From the IMG/VR virus record IMGVR_UViG_3300017769_000001, positions 32,001 to 96,000 of that record: a stretch of DNA of 64,000 bases, one strand, 5' to 3'. This stretch comes from a virus. The notes under the pieces are model-generated. The model had not been told where the DNA came from and searched no databases. It saw nothing but the letters and a program-made list of their open reading frames with translations. The position numbers and the translations under genes were made by a program. Below, one piece after another: positions 1 to 9,681 of the stretch. Within the stretch, counting starts at the first letter, position 1. Every line of letters begins with the position of its first letter.

Positions 1-82
1 ATCCGTTGTTGACATCAACTTCGGCGGTGGTTACACTGTTCCAATGACAGTCACCGTAGCAACCAAAGAAATCAAGATCTGA
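1..82 (+). CDS. 3' end of a gene entering the window (..SVVDINFGGGYTVPMTVTVATKEIKI*)
   Basis: Open frame from base 2 to TGA at 80-82, followed by a terminator. Confidence 0.6.
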   Translation, partial: SVVDINFGGGYTVPMTVTVATKEIKI

Positions 83-99
83 TTGATTTCTACTGAAAA

Positions 100-123
100 G
101 GGGAGCTTCGGCTCCCTTTTTTT
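100..123 (+). terminator. Intrinsic terminator
   Basis: GGGAGC-TTCG-GCTCCC followed by T7. Confidence 0.9.
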
Positions 124-133
124 GGAGTATGAT

Positions 134-481
134 ATGAGTGAAGATAAATTCGATCCCGTCACAGAATCTATGATATTCGCAATTGAAAACAGCGTGGTGT
201 CTTTTCACTCTTCAGACAAGCCAATTCAGGGGTTTCATTCTCACATTTTTCGAGTAACTGCGAATCAATACCTTATGTGCATCCAGATTCCGGAGATAAG
301 CGGTAACGGCGTGTACATTGAGTTCAAACTTGATATCGATCTGTGGAGAGAACACTCCAAGAAAACAAATGATTCCATACTTGGGATCAAGGACTATTAC
401 TCAACACACTTTCGGAAATCTTGTGATTACGAAAGGGTGGCTTCTATCATAGAAACCGTACTTTTATCATCGAATTTATGA
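134..481 (+). CDS. Hypothetical protein (C-terminal Leu-helix group)
   Basis: ORF 83..481; ATG at 134 follows GGAG. Confidence 0.7.
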   Translation: MSEDKFDPVTESMIFAIENSVVSFHSSDKPIQGFHSHIFRVTANQYLMCIQIPEISGNGVYIEFKLDIDLWREHSKKTNDSILGIKDYYSTHFRKSCDYERVASIIETVLLSSNL

Positions 482-488
482 GGCACTT

Positions 489-848
489 GTGATGTGGAAC
501 CCTATGATCGATGCGTTAGAAACCATCTATAACCGACCTATGCTCGCTGTGTGTGTAGAGATTTTAAAGTCTCGAACCCCGATATTGGACTCTAACAAAT
601 ACATCCACATAAGTATAAACTCTCATGATCACAAAAAGTATGGCTATGTTTATGGGATTCAATTCGTAACAGTCAATGCTTTATTTTCTGGGGTTTATCA
701 AGTAAAGTTTGTATTCTTGTTGGATAGTCTCCAAAGTCGAATAAATGAAGAAGGAATTGAGTGCGACACTATTGAAACTTTCCTTGAAGACTCGTACGAA
801 CGAGACTATGATAAATTGTCAATGATGTTACAGGTGGATGAGTTATGA
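489..848 (+). CDS. Hypothetical protein (C-terminal Leu-helix group)
   Basis: GAGG RBS, coupled to next ORF. Confidence 0.7.
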   Translation: MMWNPMIDALETIYNRPMLAVCVEILKSRTPILDSNKYIHISINSHDHKKYGYVYGIQFVTVNALFSGVYQVKFVFLLDSLQSRINEEGIECDTIETFLEDSYERDYDKLSMMLQVDEL

Positions 849-1162
849 CACCAATCGAAAAGCTTGTTAGTGAACACCAAATAGCGGACTTCGATATCGA
901 CCCTATATGCAGTCATGAACTTCGGGTGGTGATATCAATGAATCCTACTTCATCGAAGTTCCAGTTTCTTTATACCAACATCATACAAATCAGCGGAGAC
1001 GGCTTGTATGTAATTTTTGGGCTGAGTTCTGATGAGATTCCGGTTTATTTCGACCATCCGTATCGAATGACGAAAAGAAACGCTCGCGATCTGAACCGGC
1101 AGATTAACAAAGTAGGAAAAGAAAAAATTCTCAATATCCTGCGAGCCAGACTCATTCTTTAG
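845..1162 (+). CDS. Hypothetical protein (C-terminal Leu-helix group)
   Basis: ATGA overlap with previous ORF. Confidence 0.7.
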   Translation: MTPIEKLVSEHQIADFDIDPICSHELRVVISMNPTSSKFQFLYTNIIQISGDGLYVIFGLSSDEIPVYFDHPYRMTKRNARDLNRQINKVGKEKILNILRARLIL

Positions 1163-1215
1163 TTGACGGGGTCTTGTTGATGTGGTAGCATTCTGGTATT
1201 GTTTGAGGTAGTGAA

Positions 1216-1851
1216 ATGCATCCACTCGATTCCGTCGTTATTTTTAACGCTCCACCAATGTCAGGAAAGGACGTCGCAGCAGCCCACATTGATGAAACCA
1301 TCACAAAGGTAACGGACATCGTTACAGTCCCAATGATGTTCAAAGAGCACCTGTACAGGCTGGCGTCCGTTATCTATAATCTCGACTATTATGTCGTGGT
1401 TGATTACGCAACTGACAGAAGCAAGAAAGAAACCCCAACCGACCTGTTCGGTGGGTTATCCCCAAGGAATGCGATCATTGACATCTCCGAAAACGTGATC
1501 AAACCAAGATACGGTAAGCGGTATTTCGGCAATGTCTGTGCTTTAAACATGATGTCCGTGTCAAATATCATAACCCGACAGAAACTTTTCGTGTTCAGTG
1601 ACGGGGGTTTCCCAGACGAAGCAAAGCCGGTGATTGAAACGGTCGGTGCCGGGAAGACACTCGTCATTAGAATCCACCGAGAAGGTTATGAGTACGGTTC
1701 CGATTCAAGGCGTTATATGTCGGAAGACATGTTCGAGAAACCTCCAACCTTCATTGACATCTACAATGAAGAGGGTAAAATTGACGAGTTCTTCCAACAA
1801 TGCACCTCTAAAGTTCTGGAGTTCATTAATGAAAACGTCAAAGAGAGCTAA
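1216..1851 (+). CDS. Deoxynucleoside monophosphate kinase (T4 gp1-like)
   Basis: P-loop NAPPMSGKD, FSDGGFPDE, IRIHREG and DSR motifs. Confidence 0.85.
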   Translation: MHPLDSVVIFNAPPMSGKDVAAAHIDETITKVTDIVTVPMMFKEHLYRLASVIYNLDYYVVVDYATDRSKKETPTDLFGGLSPRNAIIDISENVIKPRYGKRYFGNVCALNMMSVSNIITRQKLFVFSDGGFPDEAKPVIETVGAGKTLVIRIHREGYEYGSDSRRYMSEDMFEKPPTFIDIYNEEGKIDEFFQQCTSKVLEFINENVKES

Positions 1852-1852
1852 A

Positions 1853-2167
1853 ATGACGTACGCGAATGCCGCCATCCATGTTTTGAAAAACATAGAAGAA
1901 GTCACCAAAGTCGGGATTCGTCAAGATTCGGATGATCTCATAAAAGGGCAGTTCCATCCGTGTATCGAAATCCATAAGATGTTCATGTTCTCCAAGTATG
2001 TGATCTACTACAAGGACTACGAGTACACAGTACGTTCAGACCCGGCTGCACTGGATGATGTTTACGATGATCGAAACATTGCAGAAAACATCGTGATATC
2101 TGGCATGATGAAACTTCATTCGAAAGGTCAACTGATCGAAATGCTTGACACAGTTGCTGCACTCTGA
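1853..2167 (+). CDS. Hypothetical protein (C-terminal Leu-helix group)
   Basis: 3' part of ORF 1634..2167; ATG directly after kinase stop. Confidence 0.65.
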   Translation: MTYANAAIHVLKNIEEVTKVGIRQDSDDLIKGQFHPCIEIHKMFMFSKYVIYYKDYEYTVRSDPAALDDVYDDRNIAENIVISGMMKLHSKGQLIEMLDTVAAL

Positions 2168-2200
2168 GAAAATGTAACGATAACCCTAAAGGAGGGTAAT

Positions 2201-2959
2201 ATGGACTTGGTAAAAACCAAGAAAATTCTTGAAATCATGGAAGGCGTTGGTATTCTGGATGCCGGTATCTTCGCAGCTGATGACAAGAATCAGATCCGAG
2301 GGATCACACAAGACAAGAACACAATCATCTATACAGAGACAGACCAGTTCATCGAACATCAAGTCGGTCTTCTGTCCGTGAAAGGTCTCCTGTCGCGTCT
2401 GAACCTGTTCGACGAAGAAAAAATGGGTGTTGAACTCGAAACTCTGAAGTCGAAGAAGAATGGTGAAGACTTTGTCAACCAGATTACCATCAAGGAAGGT
2501 CGCCGACGTTCCAAGGTAACCACGACTGACCCAGCAAACATGCGGACGATCCCCACGGATTATCCACAATGTGAAACTGTGTTCAGCGGCGTTATCAACA
2601 AGAGCTATGTCGACTATATCAGTAAGATGAAGAACTCGATCAATAGTGCTTCTGTTACCGATACGATGTACATCGAAATGTACTTTGACGAATCCAGCGA
2701 CAAAGGTACTGTGAATTTCAGTATCGGTGGTGGGTACGACGACTTCGATGATAAGTTCGACGTTGATATCAACGACGAGTTTGATTCGGAAACGTTTTCG
2801 GTGAAATGGAAAATCGACCCTGTCATCCGAGCGATGAAGCAAGCGTCATCCATTTCTGAAGAAGAGAAGGTTGAATTCCAAGTGACTGATCGCGGTCTTC
2901 TGGAAATTGACATCGACGGCATTGTGGTTACAGTAGCCCCAATGAACGTGACTAAATAA
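2201..2959 (+). CDS. Probable sliding clamp (gp45-like)
   Basis: 252-aa acidic two-domain alpha/beta pattern, GGAGG RBS, next to SSB. Confidence 0.55.
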   Translation: MDLVKTKKILEIMEGVGILDAGIFAADDKNQIRGITQDKNTIIYTETDQFIEHQVGLLSVKGLLSRLNLFDEEKMGVELETLKSKKNGEDFVNQITIKEGRRRSKVTTTDPANMRTIPTDYPQCETVFSGVINKSYVDYISKMKNSINSASVTDTMYIEMYFDESSDKGTVNFSIGGGYDDFDDKFDVDINDEFDSETFSVKWKIDPVIRAMKQASSISEEEKVEFQVTDRGLLEIDIDGIVVTVAPMNVTK

Positions 2960-3035
2960 AACGCTACGTCGAGATACGTTAGTGTTACGGAGGCAGAATT
3001 CTGCCAAATCTTAAAATCTACGGAGAATATACGTT

Positions 3036-3992
3036 ATGGCATTGACCAAACACAAACTGAAGAAACAGATCCTCGAAAAAACCCTGAACAAGACCGAGCA
3101 CGGTGGTGGTCGTCGTGAAGACGATCCAAAAATCCTGCCGTACTACAAGCTTGACACCAACGAAAAGATGGAAGTCATGTTTGTTCCATACGAAGACGGT
3201 GACCTGTTCAAGCACTTCAAAAAACACGGCCCCAACATGGGTGTTGCTTCTGTCGGCAGCGTAGACTGCATCTATCACTCTCGCGGTGAAAGCTGCCCTG
3301 CATGTGCCAAAGGCTTCAGTTATGTAAAGGACGGCAAAGGTACTCCGATGTCTAAGAAATGGATGGCGAAGGACTACTACGTCGCACAGGTCGTGGTAAT
3401 CGACTGTCCGTTCGACATCCCTGAACTGGAAGATGGAAACCAAGTCCGAATCTTCTACATGCCGTTCGCGGTTATGGAAAAGATCAAGGAATCCTATGCC
3501 GAAGGAATCGTCGAAGATCCGACTGAACACGTGTTCGTTATCAAGAAGACAACGAATCAAGGTGGGAACGCTTCCTACGCCAACTCTTTCTTCCGCCCGC
3601 AACCTGCTGGTGATGAGATCTACGAGGCGTTTGGTGATGCGGTAGTGGAAATTCACGATCTGTATGACGCGGATATCGCTCCTGCTGAAGTCACTGTCGA
3701 CGAAGTTGCCGAGTGGGTTGAGAAAGCCGACAAGGCACTGAACGAAGATGAAGGTGGTAACGGTGGTCGTACCCGTCGTGAGTCCGGAAACGATTCTTCT
3801 GACGATGGTGGAGCTGCCCGTCCTGCCGGTAACTCCCGTCTCGGACGCCGATCTGAACGTAAGGCTGAAGATGATGGGGATGAAGGCGATGATGGTTCTC
3901 AAGACGACACACAGTCAAAAACCACCGAGTCCTCTGGTGGTGGTAACAGTCTGAAAGATCGCCTACGTCGTGCGCGTGCATCTGGTCAGTAA
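3036..3992 (+). CDS. 32: Single-stranded DNA-binding protein (gp32-like)
   Basis: H..C..CPAC zinc ligands, FVIKKT..GG.ASY.NSFF, acidic C-terminal tail. Confidence 0.85.
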   Translation: MALTKHKLKKQILEKTLNKTEHGGGRREDDPKILPYYKLDTNEKMEVMFVPYEDGDLFKHFKKHGPNMGVASVGSVDCIYHSRGESCPACAKGFSYVKDGKGTPMSKKWMAKDYYVAQVVVIDCPFDIPELEDGNQVRIFYMPFAVMEKIKESYAEGIVEDPTEHVFVIKKTTNQGGNASYANSFFRPQPAGDEIYEAFGDAVVEIHDLYDADIAPAEVTVDEVAEWVEKADKALNEDEGGNGGRTRRESGNDSSDDGGAARPAGNSRLGRRSERKAEDDGDEGDDGSQDDTQSKTTESSGGGNSLKDRLRRARASGQ

Positions 3993-4042
3993 ATAACCAA
4001 AAAGGGGGCTCTTCGGAGCCCCAATCCTAAAAGGGGTTTGAC

Positions 4043-4609
4043 ATGGATAAAATCATGCACCTGAGAGCCATTGACCATGACGCGAGTCGTGCAGGGCATA
4101 CTCAGTATGATCAAAGCAAGCGAGGGGTCACTGTAATTGGCAAGTTCGTAGACAACCTCGAACAGAACCGGAGAGACTTGGTCTTCTCTTGGGCAATTCA
4201 GGACACCAGAGATCGTTACTGTAAGAAGACAGGTATCGAGATTGCAGGGGAACGAATGAATAGTGGTATCATCATCCAGACGGATTATGTTTCGAAGTTT
4301 TCTCTGAAATACCAGTTCTTCAACTCGATTGCAGCTGCAAGGGAGTTCTACCACAGTGACGAAGCTCCAGACAACGAAGAACGACGTCGTTTCCTCGACT
4401 TGACGTTCTATTCTCTGGCTGAGATTGCTGAGTCGAATAACTGGTACATGGACATCAAATCAGAGTACCTCCCGTCAATTCATCCGGATATTCTGATTAA
4501 CTATATCCACAGGATGAATTTGAAAGAGCTGTCAAAGCTGGATATCTACTCGATGGTTGGTAAGTATCCAACACTGACAGCAATGATTAACAGGAGCTAC
4601 GGGGTATGA
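4043..4609 (+). CDS. Hypothetical phage protein
   Basis: 188-aa ORF, coupled to next. Confidence 0.7.
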   Translation: MDKIMHLRAIDHDASRAGHTQYDQSKRGVTVIGKFVDNLEQNRRDLVFSWAIQDTRDRYCKKTGIEIAGERMNSGIIIQTDYVSKFSLKYQFFNSIAAAREFYHSDEAPDNEERRRFLDLTFYSLAEIAESNNWYMDIKSEYLPSIHPDILINYIHRMNLKELSKLDIYSMVGKYPTLTAMINRSYGV

Positions 4610-5154
4610 CCACGATTGTCGATAAACTGAGAACAAAAATTCTCAACGCTGGATCGGCTGCACAGGAAATCAACCGCTTCAACGCAAGGTTTCTCGGCAT
4701 TCCGGAAAACATTTCTGACTTTCTTTCACGAGGGGTCAGAAATGTTAACCCTCCAGCAATTACCTTTGCAACGACGAACCATGGGAATCGTCGAGCGAAC
4801 TTTCAGGACGTTGGTAAGCTGGAGAGTGAAATCCTGACGATCACCCTGATGAGTGATGATGAAGGGATCATGGACGGAATTATCATGTCCCAGATCTTCC
4901 GTCAGAAAGGCGATGAGATCAGTGGGTTTGAAGGGACGAAGAGCCAGTCGAAGTTTGATATCAAACTTGAGATATTAAACACCAATTCGAAGGTGGTTCG
5001 ATCTGAGACTTACAGGAATTGTTTCATTGCTACTCTTCAGAAACCAGATCTGGAGAATACCCAAGCAGCAACGAACGCACTCTACACCCTGACAATCCAG
5101 TACGATTCAATCGACTATTCGATTGAAGACGAAAGCTTCGTTCTCACTTCTTGA
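4606..5154 (+). CDS. Tail tube / baseplate tube initiator-like protein (gp19/gp54 fold)
   Basis: NRF, P.ITF, ETYRNCFI, LTIQYD motifs. Confidence 0.65.
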   Translation: MTTIVDKLRTKILNAGSAAQEINRFNARFLGIPENISDFLSRGVRNVNPPAITFATTNHGNRRANFQDVGKLESEILTITLMSDDEGIMDGIIMSQIFRQKGDEISGFEGTKSQSKFDIKLEILNTNSKVVRSETYRNCFIATLQKPDLENTQAATNALYTLTIQYDSIDYSIEDESFVLTS

Positions 5155-5608
5155 ATATCTGAAATTCTGTAAGGACTATGAATTCCCATCCCCTTTCCTT
5201 ACAGAATTTCTTTGCAGCTTCCCACTTCAGCATGTTCGTAGTGAAAACTTCACACTCTTTAAGATAGACGTCTTGACGCTTCCTGCTCGTCTTGACTGGC
5301 GGTAAGGTTTGACTATGCGGCTTAATCTCTGCAAGATAGGTTTTAAACTCCCCATCCTTGGTTCTGACTTCCATGAAGATATCAACCATATATCGACGCT
5401 TCCTTTGAATGCGCGGATCCATGTACGGGACAACAGTCGTTTCGCTGCCCCATCGGATTACAGACGGATGGTTGTCTGCCCAACGAAAGACGGCGTACTC
5501 ATAACTGGAAAGGTAACGGGGGTTCTTGGTTCCTACGTATTTCTCTTTGTTGACGACGTCGTAAGTACCCTGCATACATTTGCTGAAAGCCCCCTTTCGC
5601 TTCGCCAT
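5144..5608 (-). CDS. 4: Head completion nuclease (T4 gp4, TnsA-like fold)
   Basis: N.EKYVG, SSYE, WGSE..VPY, RYMVD, EIKP..QT.PP, KWEAA, LTE; start MAKRKG at 5608. Confidence 0.9.
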   Translation of the reverse strand: MAKRKGAFSKCMQGTYDVVNKEKYVGTKNPRYLSSYEYAVFRWADNHPSVIRWGSETTVVPYMDPRIQRKRRYMVDIFMEVRTKDGEFKTYLAEIKPHSQTLPPVKTSRKRQDVYLKECEVFTTNMLKWEAAKKFCKERGWEFIVLTEFQIFKK

Positions 5609-5772
5609 TAGTCGAAACTCCCGTTCTTCTGCATTTTGGTAGCTGTCGCATACAGGATACTCTCCCAATCGTCGTCATAACGATCCCGGAACTTGTCCTT
5701 GTTATCCTTTATCCATTGTTCTGCTTTGTCGTTCAGCTTGAACTTTTCTTCAAACAATTCTTCGACACGCAT
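5608..5772 (-). CDS. 54-aa probable internal head peptide with the MRVEELFE leader (not in ORF track)
   Basis: Translated by hand: MRVEELFEEKFKLNDKAEQWIKDNKDKFRDRYDDDWESILYATATKMQKNGSFD*; GAGG RBS; stop overlaps gp4 start. Confidence 0.8.
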   Translation of the reverse strand: MRVEELFEEKFKLNDKAEQWIKDNKDKFRDRYDDDWESILYATATKMQKNGSFD

Positions 5773-5903
5773 CAGTTAATCCTCTCTGGCATTACATATT
5801 CGAACTTACTCACCTCACGAAAGATCATATGAAGCTGTCCGTTGATAACCTTTGAACGCTTCTGTGGCATGGTGACCGTGATCCTGTATTTGAACCGTCT
5901 CAT
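5772..5903 (-). CDS. 43-aa hypothetical protein (MRRFKYRITVTMPQK...)
   Basis: Fills the gap; TGATG coupling to the next gene. Confidence 0.5.
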   Translation of the reverse strand: MRRFKYRITVTMPQKRSKVINGQLHMIFREVSKFEYVMPERIN

Positions 5904-5904
5904 A

Positions 5905-6309
5905 TCACACCCCACCTGAAGGAAGCGGACTGATTGATTCGATGAATTTTACTTCTCCGTACAGGAACGTCTCAACAGAACCATCCGGAAGACTTATCTT
6001 GAGGTCATAGACACCGGGACGCGGATAATCAAATACGAGCGTATCTTCTGCCGGAACATCAATAACAACAACGCCGTCAGTTCCAACCGGAGACCACACG
6101 TACCCTGCATCGGAAAGACTAATTGAAATGTCGGTTTCCTCTGACTCCGGATCAGAAACAAACTCGTACCCTTCATACGGCTTGATCGTCATTGAAAACT
6201 GTGATGTTGAAAGGTCGAGAGGAATTTCGTTTCCAGTTTCATCCATCGTTTCGATCTTCATGCTAAAAGAGAATCGACTTCCCTTATGGATTGTTATATC
6301 ATGCTTCAT
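5905..6309 (-). CDS. Virion structural protein (BppU-N / LtfC-like beta sandwich)
   Basis: DITI.KGS.F, PLDLS, GVYDL, FLYGEV motifs. Confidence 0.6.
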   Translation of the reverse strand: MKHDITIHKGSRFSFSMKIETMDETGNEIPLDLSTSQFSMTIKPYEGYEFVSDPESEETDISISLSDAGYVWSPVGTDGVVVIDVPAEDTLVFDYPRPGVYDLKISLPDGSVETFLYGEVKFIESISPLPSGGV

Positions 6310-7037
6310 GGTAATTCTTCTCCGTCAATTACCTCTTTCGTCTCCAGATTGATAATGTCATCGGAGTTCAGAGTCGGTTTGTTTTCTTCATAGACACGCA
6401 GGCGGATATCTTCAAGTGGATCCGTGTCTTTGAGAGGGTATGAAATTCTTACAGGAACACTGAACTGCAACGTCATTTCAGCAGCACGATGAGATTGTCC
6501 GAGTGGTCTGGTTATCTCATTAGAGATTCCCTCCATACGAATTGATGTGATATAATCAGGATCAAACGCATTGGTTGATTTTTGAATAACAACCTCTGGA
6601 TGGAAAGTCAGCAGGATCTTTTCCAAGATTTCCATCAATTGGCTGACAGACGATGCATAAATGCTAAGGTCGACCCCCAGTCGAAGTGGAACCCCGGACA
6701 ATCGGTTGACGTTCGTCATCTGACCGTCGGACGCTTGGCGATATCCAACCTCCATCTGATGGTACGGATTCATTCGAGATTCGTCATCCAGTTCGATACT
6801 TGAGAGGTTCACAGCCATCAGAGGCACTTTCACGTTTTTGTATTCAGTGTCTTTGTTCAATATTGCCGCAACAACGCGAGAGGGCGACCCGAACATAACC
6901 GGGACTTTTTCTTCGTATTGCTGTCCGTTCCTCACAACACCATCTTTCACGGTGAATGTAGAGAACGCTCTTATCACTTGAGACAGATATCTTTCTATCT
7001 GATTCTCATAAAATGTTTGGTCTTTTGTGCTACTCAT
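6306..7037 (-). CDS. 15: Tail sheath stabilizer / tail terminator (gp15-like)
   Basis: FY..QI.RY, VPVMFG, ILEKILLTFHP motifs. Confidence 0.85.
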   Translation of the reverse strand: MSSTKDQTFYENQIERYLSQVIRAFSTFTVKDGVVRNGQQYEEKVPVMFGSPSRVVAAILNKDTEYKNVKVPLMAVNLSSIELDDESRMNPYHQMEVGYRQASDGQMTNVNRLSGVPLRLGVDLSIYASSVSQLMEILEKILLTFHPEVVIQKSTNAFDPDYITSIRMEGISNEITRPLGQSHRAAEMTLQFSVPVRISYPLKDTDPLEDIRLRVYEENKPTLNSDDIINLETKEVIDGEELP

Positions 7038-7063
7038 GGAGAATACATCTCTAGGCTTTTCCC

Positions 7064-7081
7064 CTATTTAAGCCTAAATAC
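7064..7081. promoter_or_regulatory. Divergent late promoters (TAAATA core)
   Basis: TTAAATAG on minus and CTAAATAC on plus between divergent structural genes; TAAATA also precedes 13971, 50616, 51560, 56021, 56914, 57806, 58323, 59895 and 60446. Confidence 0.7.
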
Positions 7082-7107
7082 TCACTATGATATAAAGAAG
7101 GTATGTA

Positions 7108-7815
7108 ATGAGTGTTCGCCGGTTTTCCGTAACAAGTGTTCTCGACGTCAGTTCCCTAGAAGGGTATTACGGACGGCTTGATGTGTACGCATCGTTCACC
7201 GATGATGGTGAGTTCGATATGTACGGAGCCGTCGATGGCAATCTACGTCCTTATGGGGTGTTTGCTTACATGATCAACGACGTGGTTGGTCGTAGGTCTC
7301 GTGAAAGTACACTGTACGCCCGTGTGTTCAGATACCGAGAGAGATCAAAGCAACCACTGAATGTCCAGCAATATACCATGGACGATTACGAACTGGACTA
7401 CCAGAAGATGTTGAGAATGTTTCCGGATCATGAAGAAGTCCTCGATGAAATTTATACTCTGGTTCCGGGACAGCTTTCAATTAAAAATGCTTTCGCACAC
7501 ATCTGGCAGCTGACATTCCGGTTTGCAGCCAAGCTGTCCAAAGGACTGAAATCGATCAAAGAAACATGGGCTGAATTGTTCCAGAAATTGGAATATGATG
7601 CTGTTATCGACAAGCGTGGCACTGGCATTATCGACTCCGACAGAAAACCGTGCCTGATCGTTCTTGGTGATACTGCTGGGCAGCTGATAGAAGATCTGGA
7701 GATTGTGAGCACTCAGGTCTACAAGAAAGAACAGAACAGTCGAATTTACTTCAAGATTGCTCGCTTCAATCGACTGACGGCTGTTGCAAACGCACGAAAT
7801 AGGATCAAGAAATGA
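7108..7815 (+). CDS. Late hypothetical protein, possible ART-like fold
   Basis: PYGVFAY and EYDAVID..GTGII motifs. Confidence 0.5.
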   Translation: MSVRRFSVTSVLDVSSLEGYYGRLDVYASFTDDGEFDMYGAVDGNLRPYGVFAYMINDVVGRRSRESTLYARVFRYRERSKQPLNVQQYTMDDYELDYQKMLRMFPDHEEVLDEIYTLVPGQLSIKNAFAHIWQLTFRFAAKLSKGLKSIKETWAELFQKLEYDAVIDKRGTGIIDSDRKPCLIVLGDTAGQLIEDLEIVSTQVYKKEQNSRIYFKIARFNRLTAVANARNRIKK

Positions 7816-8516
7816 AGACTGCAAAGATCGGAGTCTATGGTGGAAGAACCAGAAAACTCCAGAAGAAACTTTCATATGAAGCAACTTCCATGACGTGGAA
7901 GATCGCAAACGTTTACAAGTATCTTGGTAGTAGGGCAAGCGTCAACCCAAGCCTGAATGATATTCAGGTAACGACGTTCATGGAAGTTCCTGATCGTGCA
8001 TATGACAAATACCCGGTGCCAATCAACATTTATTTCGAGCCTGCTCCAGAACAAGTGACAGACTATTCTCAGTTTGGGATTATAGACCCCATCGGAACTG
8101 ATCAGATCATAAAGGTTCATGTAAATTCCTATGACGACCTTGGTCGTTCTCTCGTAGAGGGAGATGTCATAGAGGTTCCTTTCTTCAAAAATCCCAAGCA
8201 TGACGCCATGTGGGAAGTTGTTGATGTTGATGGCAGTCAGGAATTCGAAAAGTTTTACACTGTTGTTAAGCTTCGTGTTCTTGAAGACAGTCGCAAGACT
8301 CGTGAAATCGATATCACTGGTTCCATTGGGCCTGAACTCGATGACATTGTCGACCAACACAACCAGCACGCGAATGACTATGTTGGTCATGACGGTGTTG
8401 ATGACACTGGAATTGATAACGGAGAAACAAACCCAGACATCAACGAACCTTTCGATGGTGTTGAAGAAACCAGACGATCTTTCTTAGACGAATTTGATGG
8501 AGACCTATTACCGTGA
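7812..8516 (+). CDS. 14: Neck protein (gp14-like)
   Basis: SQFGI, LGR....GDVIE.P, WEV; adjacent to gp13. Confidence 0.75.
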   Translation: MKTAKIGVYGGRTRKLQKKLSYEATSMTWKIANVYKYLGSRASVNPSLNDIQVTTFMEVPDRAYDKYPVPINIYFEPAPEQVTDYSQFGIIDPIGTDQIIKVHVNSYDDLGRSLVEGDVIEVPFFKNPKHDAMWEVVDVDGSQEFEKFYTVVKLRVLEDSRKTREIDITGSIGPELDDIVDQHNQHANDYVGHDGVDDTGIDNGETNPDINEPFDGVEETRRSFLDEFDGDLLP

Positions 8517-9247
8517 GCGTGAATCTGAGTAACGAATTTATTGATGATGTCGTAACCATGCTGAGTGGTACGCTTGTTGACGTGGAGTTGGACACTCCTG
8601 ACATCGAAACCGCGTACCGTATGGCGAAGAAAACATGGAAACAGAAGGGGAATGATAACCTGAATCACTCATTCTACCAACTCGATGTTGTGTCTGGGCA
8701 GAATGAATACCAGCTTCCAGCGGAGATTACTGATGTGGTCAGTGTGATCACGATGAGCAACGATGCATTCACCATGGAAGATCCGTTCGCCATGGCATCC
8801 TTTCAGGAAACGTTCACCTATGGAATGGGCGGGGGTGTGAGTGGGGATTTCTTCTACATCTACGATATGACTCGCCAGATCATCGATAACAACAAAATGT
8901 ACACCGCCGAAGAGCCCAACTTCAGATTCAACAGACGCTCGAATACGATCTACCTGTTCAATCCCCCGTCTGTTGACAGAAAATGGGTCTTAGAGGTATA
9001 CAGACAGTCTACAGACGAAGAATACCAGAATAACCTCTGGATCCTTAACTGGACTATTGCAGAATGTAAGCAGATCCTTGGTCGCGCTTACCGCAAGTTC
9101 GGGTCGCTTCCATCTCCAACCGGTGAATCCCAGATTGACGGCGATCAGCTGGTTCAGGAAGCACAGAGGGAGAAGGAGTTACTTCTTGAAGAAATCGACA
9201 ACTTTGTTGACGGTGATCCTGACGGCATGGGAGTGTACATCGGATGA
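8513..9247 (+). CDS. 13: Neck protein (gp13-like)
   Basis: VDVEL, W...W..A.CK..LG...RKF..LP, IDGD.L..EA..E. Confidence 0.85.
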   Translation: MSVNLSNEFIDDVVTMLSGTLVDVELDTPDIETAYRMAKKTWKQKGNDNLNHSFYQLDVVSGQNEYQLPAEITDVVSVITMSNDAFTMEDPFAMASFQETFTYGMGGGVSGDFFYIYDMTRQIIDNNKMYTAEEPNFRFNRRSNTIYLFNPPSVDRKWVLEVYRQSTDEEYQNNLWILNWTIAECKQILGRAYRKFGSLPSPTGESQIDGDQLVQEAQREKELLLEEIDNFVDGDPDGMGVYIG

Positions 9248-9681
9248 GAATTGAAGAAATATGGACTCCGGGGGAGCAAGAGTACGACGATCTTACACTG
9301 GAGATTAAGGAAGTCTACTCTGGGAGGCTTCTACTAAACTTTGACGATGAACAGGTCAAATATTTGTATCGTGGCGTGTCGAAAGAAGAATACGAAGACA
9401 TCGTCGAAAGCGGAGTCATCAAGCCTTCTAAATTTTATGGAAGGATCCATGCTTCTGCTATCCCTGTGATCGTCGACAGCGACGTATACGTGGTGCTGAA
9501 GATAAAGTACGTACCTTCGGACGGGTGGAAGCCAAAAGCTGCTTCTACAGGCGTATACGCGGTCACAGGAAAGGAAATCCCCAAGGATCGGATCATGGAT
9601 AAGATCCCGGTAGGAATTGCAAGAACTGAAGTCCTTCTCAGGAAAACAAGAATGAGTCAATTCATGGAGTTTCAAACGTGA
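9244..9681 (+). CDS. MRIEE-leader internal head protein, ART-like; paralog of 10972..11409
   Basis: YLYRGVS.EEY..I..SG.IK motif. Confidence 0.65.
   Translation: MRIEEIWTPGEQEYDDLTLEIKEVYSGRLLLNFDDEQVKYLYRGVSKEEYEDIVESGVIKPSKFYGRIHASAIPVIVDSDVYVVLKIKYVPSDGWKPKAASTGVYAVTGKEIPKDRIMDKIPVGIARTEVLLRKTRMSQFMEFQT

Noticed and set aside
2960-3035. gp32-type autoregulatory pseudoknot
   Set aside because: Two small hairpins are present but the loop pairing is too short to support
5144-5608. TnsA-like nuclease as a Tn7 element
   Set aside because: Motifs and context fit T4 gp4; no tnsB/C or transposon ends
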